Below are positions 1 through 10,882 of a stretch of 64,000 bases of DNA, piece by piece. This stretch comes from Oikopleura dioica. Its lineage: Eukaryota; Animalia; Chordata. A model generated the notes under the pieces. That model was not told the DNA's origin. It saw only the letters and a program-made list of their open reading frames with translations, and ran no database searches. Where the stretch lies: positions 558,001 through 622,000 of the forward strand of contig OU015569.1 in NCBI GenBank assembly GCA_907165135.1. The letters are read 5' to 3'. Each line of letters begins with the position of its first letter. Positions within the stretch are counted from its first letter, which is position 1. The translations under genes and the position numbers were made by a program.

Positions 1-817
1 TGGAAAAGAGAGAATCAGAAACAGTCACAAAAAAGGGGGAATTTCGATTTTGAAGAAACTAACTTTTTAAAAATTATTAAAAAAAAATTAAAAATATTCC
101 AGTTTTTGGAAATTAAATTTAATAAAGCGCCCGTGGTGATGATTTTTTTGTGCGGAATTGAAAAATTTACTCGTGATAATTGAGAATTTGTAAATGATGC
201 TTAATTTAAAATTAGATAAATAATAAAGAAGTGGTGAATGGTTAAAATGAAGGGAGAAGTGAGCAGACTGTAACTGGCAAGCTACATGTTGTACTGGGCG
301 GCGAGCTTTTCCGAAAGTGGTGCTGGAAACTGGCTCCGGAAGTTCGTCCATTGCACTTCCCCGACCTGAAGTTTTTGGGTGAGGGAAGAACACAGGCTCA
401 GAAACCTGTGTTGGAAACCTGACTCTTTTCTACACAGATTCATAAGCCCAAAAATTCAAATTTTATAATTATTAATTTTAGCGGTTTTTTATTCTTTCTT
501 TAAAAAGATGTCTCAGTAACTGGAAATTGGGAAGAGCTAATATTTGAAATATTAGCTCTGATTAGTCGTTTATGATTTCATCAAGAAAAATGTCAAAAAA
601 GAGTCGCTTCAAAAATTAGACTCTGAATAGGTTTAATTTGGCTTTGGTGAGTCAGAAAGATTACTCTTGGGTAAGTTACTCGTGATGAGACTGGAGTAGG
701 AATGCGGCGGCGATTTCCAATAATTCGAACAAGAATTTAAAACATGTCTTTTCAAATTCTAGTTTCAAAAATAAGCAAGAAAAATAGACAGTAGCCTTGT
801 CTGCCGAAGTGACTTAC

Positions 818-3800
818 CTGCGCGCGGAACTCGTTCAAAATCTGCGAGAACATCTGTTTTAGATCCTCCTTTGGATTGATCCAGGAGACGATCGCGTCGA
901 TGAAGTATATTAATTCCTGAAATATACTTTGGTTAAAAATAAATAATCTTCAAAATTACATGAACGGCGGCGGCAGCGTTCTCCCTGATCATGAGGCACA
1001 TTCCCCTGAAAGCGGAGTCTTTTTCCTCGTTGTCGCGAATGTTCCTCAAGCTGGTGCACCAGGTGCGGATGAACTGGCCCAAGAAAGGGGCCACTTCTTT
1101 GTGGCAGTACAGACCTAGCCGGCCCAAAGTGATTCCCGTGTTTTCCAAAAGCGTCTTTGGCGTCGTCACCCGCCGCGAAATGTCGATAAGCGGCGGCAAA
1201 ACCGTCTTTTAGCCATTTTTCATTTTTGAAACGATAAAAAATGCAGTACCTGGATGTGCTGCTTCATCCCTTCGCCGTGGACGATGGCCACTTCGCCGAT
1301 CGCCCAGCAAGCGTTGTTACAAACGGAAATGTAGTCCGGATTTAGGTTTCTTCGAAAATTTCAACAATTTATCGGTGAAAAAAAATGGAAATATTCAAAC
1401 TACCGGTGGTTTTCCTCAAATCTCGAACAGCGCCGCCACTGCGAGTTTCGAGGCTCCTGATTGGCAAAGCTCAAAAATGTCTCCAAATCTGGAGACAGTT
1501 AAGATTAATTATTTTTATAATTATTGAATAATTAATAATATTGTTTAAAACAATTTAAAAGATCGTTGAACGTGTTGAAACATTCCTAGCAAGAATTGGC
1601 AGTAGTTGATTGACGCAGGGCTGGACAAGTTTGAAGCAGGCTTTGGTTAGATCGCCCAGGAGCGCAAACGCTGAAAGAGCGAGTTGAAACAGAAAGAGGC
1701 ATTGTTCGCTTCTCACCTGATTGTCGCACTTCTGGCAGCGGGTCCATCATACACGAGCCCATCAAGTTCAGCAGATTGCTTTGCGCGACCAAGGGCTCTA
1801 GAATGTTCCCCATTCCCTCGGCGAGGCCTTGGACAAGTTCAAATCAAAGCCGGGTTATTAAGTTGGCTTTAGTTGCAGAATAGGTTAGGGTTAGCGTAAC
1901 ACATCCCATTCTGATGACCAAAGAATGACCAGTTTCTGAATAATTTGCGACAAAAATCGAGAAGCCGCTTGCGGCTTCGAGTAAAAGGAAAAAAATAGCC
2001 GCGCTTCGAGCGGCTAAAGCTATCTTGTACTCGAAACCGCAAGCGGCTTCTCGATTTTTGTCGCAAATTATTCAGAAACTGGTAATTTTTTGGGCAGCAA
2101 AATCCGGGATGTCCCTTCCTGGTAAAAATCCCTTCCTGGTAAAAATCCCTTCCTGGTAAAATTCCCTTCCTGGTAAAACTTTTTTTCTTTACCAGGAAGG
2201 GATTTTTACCAGGAAGGGAATTTTAGCAGGAAGGGAAAATCGAAATGTCAAATAAGTCAAAACATAAAATGAGCTCATTGCCCTATGAAATTATTTACTC
2301 GACCCCTCTCTGAGCATATTTTTATCGATTTTTAGAATTTGTTATTATCTAATATAATTTAGGCTGCCAACGCCAAGCGTGCTAGAAGGCCCAACCTTAC
2401 GTTTTGAACGCACTGGAGACCTGTTTTCATTATTTTGTTTTTCTTACCGGAAACTTACCTCGATTATTCGACATACGGAGGGGTTTTTCATATAGAGCTC
2501 TATATGAAAATCCATGTTGGGTTGTATCTGCCCCACCCTAAACGGAATCCTAACCCAAACTCGAGTCCGTCAAGAGATATCAAAAGCCAGACAAGAGCCC
2601 TATCCGGGATAGGCTATCCCGAACCCTGATTCTAAACCAAGTGCGAATCCGTCGGAATCAATCTGAGCCCAAATACGATTTTGAACTCAACCCAAACAGC
2701 ATTCCTGAATGAATGATTCTGAATGACTTGATCAACTCATAAATGAAAGAAAAACAAAATAATGAAAACCGGTCTCCAGTGCGTTCAAAACGTAAGGTTG
2801 GGCCTTCTAGCACGCTTGGCGTTGGCAGCCTAAATTATATTAGATAATAACAAATTCTAAAAATCGATAAAAATATGCTCAGAGGGGGGTCGAGTAAATA
2901 ATTTCATAGGTAAATGTGCTCATTTTATGTTTTGACTAATTTGACATTTCGATTTTCCCTTCCTGGTAAAATTCCTTTCCTGGTAAAAATCCCTTCCTGG
3001 TAAAGAAAAAAAGTTTTACCAGGAAGGGAATTTTACCAGGAAGGGATTTTTACCAGGAAGGGATTTTTACCAGGAAGGGACACCCCGCAAAATCCTCGTT
3101 TTTGAACTACGTTGCCTGAAAGCAAATCCAAAGCGACAATGGCAAAGTCCTTGTTTGGCGGCTCATGATCCGAGTTTTCTTGATAAAGTCGATCTTGGAG
3201 AAGCGTTTGTTCTACCAGTTTTACGCAGCGCTAAATCGCGAAATTAAATCGATAGAATTTGAGGAAAAGAGGCATTGCGGTTTAAAAATAGACCGGAAAT
3301 TGCTAAGTTGACAAAAAAATTGAGCATTACTTAATTCGTAGGGATCATTGATGGCCCCATTTCCGGTCTATTTTTTTAACCAAAATATCATATTTCCATT
3401 TCCTCATTTTTTCATCCCCAAGAGCGCAGTAAAAATCGACAATAATTCAATTTCGCAATACCGAGGGCACCTGTGTAGAAAACCTGACTCAGGGTGCTGA
3501 AAAAGCTAAAAATGTAGCTACTTTAGGACCCTGACTCAGGTTTTCTACACAGGTGCCTTCAGTATTGCGAAATTGAATTATTGTCGATTTTTATGACGCC
3601 TTTGGGGATGAAAAAATGAGGAAATGGAAATATGGCATTTTGGTTTAAAAAATAGAGTTGTCGATCTGGGTAGTACCTGAAAGACGGCTTCGGAATAGGG
3701 CTGAAAGCCGGGGCCCATGGCTGTGGCGACGGAGCTGAGACACTCCAGCAAAGGAAACAGGTCGCGATCGTCGTCCTAGAGCGCTTTAGATTTGCATGAA

Positions 3801-6800
3801 TTTATGGAGAGTTACCGCGAGGCCGTGCCATTTGTTGAACAGCGATGGCATCAGTTTATCCACGTATTCCTGCTTGTTCAAGTGGCCGCCAACCGAATCT
3901 GCCAGAGTGCCTCATTTCAGGATCCAAAAAGAAGGGCCATATTGAAAACGTAAATTTTAAAAAGAAAAATTTGGAAAACTTTAAATAAAAATCACATTTA
4001 AAAAAGTGGCGAAAAGTCAAAAGGTCAAGGGCGTGTTCTGAAAAGGCCGCGGGGCAAATTCAGAATCGTCCAGAGTTAACTCGCCTCAGGCGAGCGCTAG
4101 GCAGGCGCTGACGTTCAAATCAATATTTGAGAAAAGTTCATCGATTTCTCCCAGAAAACACTTCTCGGGCGAAATTACGCGGGATTAGATAAAATTGTGT
4201 TTTCGAAGTTGAAAATTCTAGAATTTTTTAACAAATAATTTATAAAAAAATAATAACTAAATGAATAAAACAATTAATTATCTTAATTAATTAATCTAAA
4301 TTTAAATAATAAAAAATAACTAATTCAAAAGTAATATTTTGGATCAGTTCCTATGGCGTCGTACAAAATGAGCAAGTTCTTTTTCTGGTATTTGGAAAAG
4401 GCGAAGACGAGCGTGTCGAGGATGTAGGTCAAGTAGGGGACGAGTTCGCCACAGGCTTCTTCCTCCAGAGTCGCAAAGGCCGAGCAGGCGGCTTCTTGGA
4501 CGCGCTTGTTGTGGTCCACGATGCGCTGCAGAAGCTCGTTGATCAGCGGCTTTAGATACGTGTCTAAAAAAGGCTGGCTTAGCTCAGAGTTTGAGAGCAG
4601 GAAATAGAATGCGGGAAGGGGTTTACTAACCGTGGGAGACCATCGACTGCTGGACGATCCAGGAAGAGTACCTCGAGAGCGTCCAGCAAGTAATACTCCT
4701 GACAAGGGCTTTCTTGTCGGCCAGTCGCTGGATGAGATAGGGCACAACTTGCGGCAGGTGCTCCGCCATTCCGCTCGAGCATCCGTCAGAAATGGCGCCC
4801 AGAACAAGAATGCCTAGCCAAGTTCAAAGCGAGCCTCCTTTTTGGCGTTTTTATTAACCCACACGTACAAAAGTAACGTTATTTTTCATCATCACTCGAT
4901 CTACTCATTCTTTTTCCTAGGCTAGGACTCAGAAAGTCCTGGACTAAGAAAGCTGTGGAGAAAACCTGAGTCAAGGCCTGAAAGATCCTCAATGAAAAGC
5001 CGCGTAGTGGTATTTATAGAAAATTAAGCCGCGGAGCGGCTTCGCAAAGTCACATTTTCAACCTATAATTAAATTCTGGCGAAGCCGCTTCGCGGCTTCT
5101 TTTTTTCAAAAGCCGCTAATATAGATCTTTTAGCCCCTGACTCAGGTTTTCTACACATGTTGCTGCGGCTTTTTTAAACAAAAAAATAATTTGAAAACTA
5201 ATAAAAAACAGCTAATTAGTTTTTCGGAAAAAGCCGCACGCCGCTCTATAGAATGCTTTTTAAAACTTATGTTCACCTTTGGCCGGGTGCACGGGTTCGC
5301 CCAAAATAACGGCGAATATAAAAAAAGCAGAATCAAAGCCATAAAAAAGCAGCGCGCTAAAACGCTGGCCAAGGTCAACATTTGAACTTTTCCTGATTCG
5401 CGATAGACCCAGTCGTTGTGGTAGAGCACCTCCTCGAGCTTGGGCAGTACATGGGGCTTAGAAGTGGGCTGAGCAAAAGAAAAAACGCGATTCAATTGAA
5501 AAACGCGCAGACAAGAATTTTAATCATGTCCTGGCACGCCAAACATTTCTTTCTGCAGACAAAACACCCGTCTACCAAAGTAACGCTGCTGAGCAGGGTT
5601 CGGTAATTTGAGCTCAAGCTAAAACTCATTTTGGCTAGACGCTCAAATTTCCTCAAATTCAGAACTCAAAGTGACTTGAGAAATCATTTTGAGAAGATTT
5701 GAGAGTTTTGAGTTTTTGGGAGATTTGCGAGTTTTGAGTTTTCAAAACTCAAATGAAGCGAGCGCTTCCTTGATTGGCTCATGGATTGCCAGAATTGATT
5801 TCTCACGCGAGCTCTCATCTCTGAGTTCTCAAAACTCAAATTAAAAAACGTGAGTCTCAAGCTTTGTTTCCTTGAGTTTTAGCGTGAGCTCAAATTACCG
5901 AACCCTGCTGCTGAGTACGTTCCTTTAGTTCTATTTTCTTGCAAAATTGACAATTATTTAATTAAAAAATTTCAATCAAAATCAAAACTGTTGATTTTCT
6001 GAGTTAAATTTTAAGCGGCTCAATTTTGAGTTTTCAGTGTAAAATAATCAAAATTAAAAATCAATTAAAATTTACTAATTAATATTATTTTACACTGAAA
6101 ACTCAAAATTGAGCCGCTAGAAATTGGACTCAGAAAATAAACATCAAGTAAAAGCGAAAGTGATAAAGTATAGAAATTAAAATTATTTGCTTCTTAAATA
6201 TTTTATTTTTGAAGAAAAACAAAATATTTAAAAAAGCAAATAATTTCGATTTTTATTAAACTTATCACTTTAGCCTTTGAAGAGATAGAACACTACTCGT
6301 CACATAGATATATTTTCCGATAAGCGTTCATCGTTTACGAAACGATGAGCATCGCCTCATGTCACTTCAGCGCGGGTCAAATTTGATCAATTGTAAAAAG
6401 CCGGCTCAGGCGCGCGATAAGGACGGTCATTACTGTGAGACACATTTGTTAGCACCTACTAACTCGAGCTGACCTTTAGCTGCGGATTTTTTTTATTGCC
6501 GGAAGAACAAAAAATTACTGTACCTCTTATAATTTCAAAATTGTAGAAAAATCTCCAATTTATCAGATTTTCTACAATTTTGATACATAACAAATCTGGG
6601 GCTAGAAAATCCGTTAAATAGGGGACCCCCTTGAGGAATTTTAAATCCATTAAAATCGGGATACTCTGCTCAGTAATCATCTAGGTCCTCATTTTAACGG
6701 ATTTTCCATTCTTCCAGACGGTACCCTAATTAACGGGCTCGAAAATCCGTTAACAAGGGGACCCCCTTAAGGAAATCTAAATCCGTTACAATCGGGACCC

Positions 6801-9715
6801 CTTATTAAATAAATCTCGGTTGTCATTTTAACGGATTTAATAAAGCATTCCTCAAGAGGGTTCCCTTGTTAATGGATTTGCTTCCCCAGAGCCCCAAAAT
6901 TGAAAAAAATGTAGCTCAGCCCGCGCCAGAATGTCATCTTTGAAAACGTTGGAAAGCTGGTCGAGCGCGGCGGCCGAGCACTTGCGAATGTTCCAGTCGG
7001 CCATTGGGTCTTCGTCTTCGTCGTCGGACTCGCCGTCTCCGCCGCCGTGCATTCTAGCGCGGTGGTGTCGAGGACGGATGTCTTGCTCCGAGTCTGGCAC
7101 GTTCTCGTCGTCCTGAACGAACAGATTATTTCGCAGAACTGTTTTGCTGAAAATTTAATGGCGCTCTTTCCTTTTTCGCGCGAATCGATGCAATTGACGC
7201 AGTTCAATTGAGAACGAATTAATAATTATTGAACCACACCAATTTTAACGTGAAATAAAAAAAATCACAAATTAAAGAAAACGATCGAAAAACAAAAAAA
7301 AAATTTTTCTACCAAATAATCAATTTTGATTTCACAATTTTTAATTTACATTTCCAACTCTGATTTTAACTATGGAACAAAAATTGAGTTGTGAACTTTT
7401 TATTTTGCTTTCAAAGCAATTGTCATTAAAAATTGCGGAGTCGATTCTTTTTAACGGTTTTGTCAAAAAGTCGTAATGATTTCCGGAAGGATCTATTAGC
7501 CAGCGAGATGGGTTGCTTGGCGAGATCGATTGGGATTTGGCCGAAGACGGGTTCGGCTCACGAAAAAAAATGGTGGGTGAGCGCGGTCTCGAGAGAGCGC
7601 TGTTGTCTCTTGGTGGGTTACCTCGGTGCGGAATCGACTAGCGCCCACGCCGTCGACCATTGCCTTTAAAAAGAGTCTGCTTCAGCTTGAGAGACGCACA
7701 ACAACACTCGACCAAGTGAAAAAAGCAAAACGCAAAACAACAAAAACGCGAGAGAAAAAAAATAAAACCGCCATCTTCAAACTACAAAAAAAAACGCAAA
7801 AGAACGAATCCAACGCTTGCAGAAGTTTGAAGAATAACCAAAAAATAGACGAAGTAAAAAAAAAACGCGATGCCATTGACCGACGATTTGACTGAAGAAA
7901 ACTTCCAGGAAAGATTCGACCAGTTTCTGGACGGCTACATCCGCAGAGAGCTCCAAAAGGTGAGACTTTTTATTTTCGACTATTTAACCCCTCTTGGCAG
8001 CGCTCCAACAAAATGGCCTCTCTCCCTCTCCTTTTTAATTAAACTCTAACTTATGCTAATAATATTTAAAGCCGGCTGAACAGATCCTCGAGGAGCTGCA
8101 AAACAACGACTTGGACATCGAAGGCATCATCAACCAAAGTTGAAATCAACGAGGACCACCAGCGCAATTTTGACATTTTAAGAATTTCGGAAAATTTTCG
8201 AAGAAAAAAAACGTCAAAATCGACTTCTTATTTTAACCCTTTTTCTGCTTTCCTTTTTCTTTGTTAAAAAAGTACTACGATACATTTTACGGCCAATGCA
8301 AAAAGTACTTTCCATGAAAAAAAAACTTTACAAAACTCGCCATTTAGACCAAAAAAAACACTCACGCCTGCATAAATAATAAATAAATATACTCTTTAAA
8401 AATCCAGAAAATCGAAATTGGACTATTTCTTTTGAATTGAATTTCTTGAAAACGTAGCGAAATAAGAAAAAAATGCGGAGATTCTTTTTCTTGTCTGATT
8501 CAATTTAAAAATGACCGAATTTAAAACATCGCTGTTCAATATTTGTAACGTACCTCGTCTCCTCGCAGCGCCATCACGTCGGTCTCCGAATATCGCATTC
8601 CATTGATAAGGACAGGTATCAGGTGGTTTAAAAAAGGCCCCAGAACTTGGATGCATTCTTGTTGCTCGGCCAGTGCCATCCAGAACTCGCACGCTTCTAG
8701 CGCTACTTTCTCGTCTTCGTCCTTTTTTTTGAGCTCGGCAACCTGTGTAAAAACCTGAGTCAGGCTTCTGAAAGAGCTTGAAACGCTTCCAAAACCCTGA
8801 CTCAAGTTTCTTAGTTTCTGACTCAGGTTGCCGAGCCCTGCCTGGGTCTGTTTAAGCATGTATCTGACGAGGTCGTCCATGGAAGGCTGTAGCTTCTCGA
8901 AGTGAAACTCCTGGATCATGACAAGTCCTCTGCAGACGTAGCGGCGAACATCTGGACTGTCGTCTTCCGCCAATTTGAAGAGGGCGCGCAGGAAGTCGTC
9001 GATGTGCTTGGAGACGATGCCGCTGCGGCTGTGGATGAAGTGGTTGATGCAGTTGACCGACTGGGAGCGGATTTTGGCGTTTTGGAAGCCGCAGTAGCGC
9101 AGAAACGTCTCGATCAAATTGTTGAGGACTGGCTCCATTTCTTCCTGGTCGAGCTGGTCTTGGCAGTCTTCGCAGAGCTTGACGAAGGTTGAGAAGGCGC
9201 CATCTATGCACTCGTCCCTGCCCGTGTCCAGCATCTGGTGCAGACAGGGAAACAGCTCCGGCCAGTACTGGAGCCCTACTTTGGAGGCGAGAGTGGTGAC
9301 GACGATGCTACCCGTCGCCCTGATCAGTTGAGAGGGGTCGCTCACTGCTTTGATCACTTCGCTCTTTATGAAATGCAGCCTTTGCATCATGACTTGTGGA
9401 TTCATTACGTTAAAATACTGTCGGATGTTGTTTTTGAGAATGAGGCCGGCCAAACTTCTCGTCGTTTCGGATTCGGTGCGCAGTGGGTCGAGCGAGGCAG
9501 ATAGAATTATTGCTAAAAAGAAATAAAATATTAGAAAGTTTGTTTTGTTTACCTAGATAGTTGTGAAAGTCTGGGTAATTGTTGAGCTCTTGTAATCTCT
9601 GTTGAACTTGTCTGTGAACCTCATTGTCCGAGCTCTGTGAATTGTGCAGCAGATCGAGAATCGCTCGAAGATCATTGTCGTTTGGAGTCCAGGATCCGTC
9701 TGCTGGCCCGTTCAT
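818..9715 (-). CDS. TNPO1: Transportin-1 (karyopherin beta-2); 15 exons in window, last exon beyond left edge
   Basis: Joined exons give [29 protein letters not shown]...[59 protein letters not shown], all TNPO1 hallmarks. Last visible exon ends ...EFRAQ at 818 followed by GTAAG. Confidence 0.95.
1930..2085. mobile_element. Palindromic (foldback) MITE-like element in TNPO1 intron
   Basis: ccagtttctgaataatttgcgacaaaaatcgagaagccgcttgcgg is mirrored by ccgcaagcggcttctcgatttttgtcgcaaattattcagaaactgg; carries the aagccgc/gcggctt motif shared with other intronic repeats. Confidence 0.7.
2106..3086. mobile_element. Non-autonomous Mutator-like (MULE/foldback) element, ~330-bp TIRs, 9-bp TSD
   Basis: TSD gcaaaatcc at 2097-2105 and 3087-3095; termini gggatgtccc / gggacacccc; long near-perfect inverted arms with 17-bp cccttcctggtaaaaat subrepeats; no transposase ORF. 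Confidence 0.85.
3370..3655. mobile_element. Long palindromic element with CCTGASTCAGG-family core in TNPO1 intron
   Basis: Outer arms ...atatttccatttcctcattttttcatccccaa / ttggggatgaaaaaatgaggaaatggaaatat...; inner cctgtgtagaaaacctgactcagg...cctgactcaggttttctacacagg. Confidence 0.75.
5594..5907. mobile_element. hAT-type MITE with 8-bp TSD
   Basis: TIR cagggttcggtaatttgagctca / tgagctcaaattaccgaaccctg; perfect TSD ctgctgag at 5586-5593 and 5908-5915. Confidence 0.9.
6590..6885. repeat. Dispersed intronic repeat family (aaatccgtta / taacggatt / gggaccc subrepeats)
   Basis: Same motif set recurs at ~21790-21995 (RAMAC-like intron) and ~29520-29660 (GTF3C5 intron). Confidence 0.65.
7870..8143 (+). 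CDS. Putative 53-aa two-exon micro-protein nested antisense in TNPO1 intron 7113-8553
   Basis: ATG 7870; exon 1 7870-7959; GTGAG...AAAG intron 7960-8071; exon 2 8072-8143 in frame to TGA. Protein [55 protein letters not shown]-rich coding-like composition; AATAAA near 8380. Confidence 0.6.
8722..8841 (-). mobile_element. 120-bp GC-AG intron made of one CCTGASTCAGG-family MITE (introner-like)
   Basis: Separates ...MLKQTQ from [14 protein letters not shown], which are contiguous in TNPO1 orthologues. TIRs CAGGGCTCGGCAACCTG / CAGGTTGCCGAGCTC begin 1 nt inside the donor and end ~7 nt before the acceptor. Confidence 0.8.
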
Positions 9716-9953
9716 CCCGCACTCAACAACTCAACTTTTCGTTACTCTCAGAAGCTTGGAAGTACAAGCAGATACAGTTTTTATTTTTGGCAGAATTTGC
9801 AGTTGCGGCTCTCGAAAGTGAAAATTGAACAGAAAAAGGAAGGTAAGAAAACATGAAATATCATTTTTTTTTAATTGAAAAGCATGAAATATTCGTTGTC
9901 GTTGTTTAAGAAACCAAACACCAAACTCATGCACTTTCGATCGCGATTTTTGA

Positions 9954-10741
9954 TCAGAGCTCATCGTGATCTACTTCGTCGGCTGGAGAAACTTCTTCTT
10001 CGTGGACGAGTTCTGCTCCTGTCCAGACTTCATCGAGGCATTCTTGGTCGTCGGGCTTCAAAACTCGCTGCCGGCAGATGAAGTCTTAATAGATCTCTTT
10101 AGACTTTTAAAGTTTTAAAACTGACCTTGGATGTCGACGTGCTGGTGGTGGAAGAACCAGTCTTCTATATCTTCTTCCGAGTTTTCCAAAATCGACTCGC
10201 ACTCCTTCTTCATTTGGGTCACTTCAGCACTCGGCTCGTCCCACATCTGATCATTTCTACTATTGAACTCAGCAAGGAGTACCCACCTCGTCAGGAATTC
10301 CAAGGTCGACCTGTACGCCGCGCTCTTTCAAGCTCTTCAGAGTCTCCATCGTTTGACTTTGGCCCTTCGCAAATCGTAACGAGCCAGTTCTTTCTTTGTG
10401 CATGTTGTATTCCAGAATCGCCTCGCAAATGTCTTCCAGACTTTCTATCAGACGCAGCTCGGAAGTAGCGTACTGAAAATAATAAATAAACAATTAGCAA
10501 GAAACTGTGCCCCGGAATCTTTGAAAAAAAAATGGGTTGGGTATCGAACCTTTATTTCTTTTTTCTTCCTGTCGAGCCCGTGTCCCGTCTGGAGCACTTC
10601 TTTCTTGCTGCCAGTTTCGCGGAGTCTGTCAGACAGTTCCAGCGTAAAATACTTGCAAGTTTCGCATTTGGTGGGCTCGATCAGACCCGGATTGTGGATG
10701 TCCGCGCCGACTGCCAGGACCAAAGAGGCCGAAAGATGCAT
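9954..10741 (-). CDS. CNPY4: Canopy family ER protein (CNPY3/4 type), 4 exons
   Basis: Signal peptide, CETCK, SELRLIESLEDIC, RFAKGQSQTMETLK...VDLGIP, WDEPSAEV...WFFHHQ; C-terminal HDEL then stop at 9954-9956. Confidence 0.85.
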
Positions 10742-10882
10742 TCTTTTAGAAAAAAATCAACAAATAAAAGATACGAGTTGAGGAGATTCTTTTTATTTTT
10801 TTGTAAATGGCAGTGGCGATAAATAAAAAGAGAGAGAGAGTGAATGTTTTCCTTCCAAGCAGATTTTCAACCGAAAACTTGT

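Noticed and set aside
1884-1896. ggttagggttag telomere-like motif
   Set aside because: Under two full units; expected by chance.
2111-2235. 17-bp tandem repeats as a possible CRISPR-like array
   Set aside because: No spacers; these are subterminal repeats of the MULE-like TIR in a eukaryotic intron.
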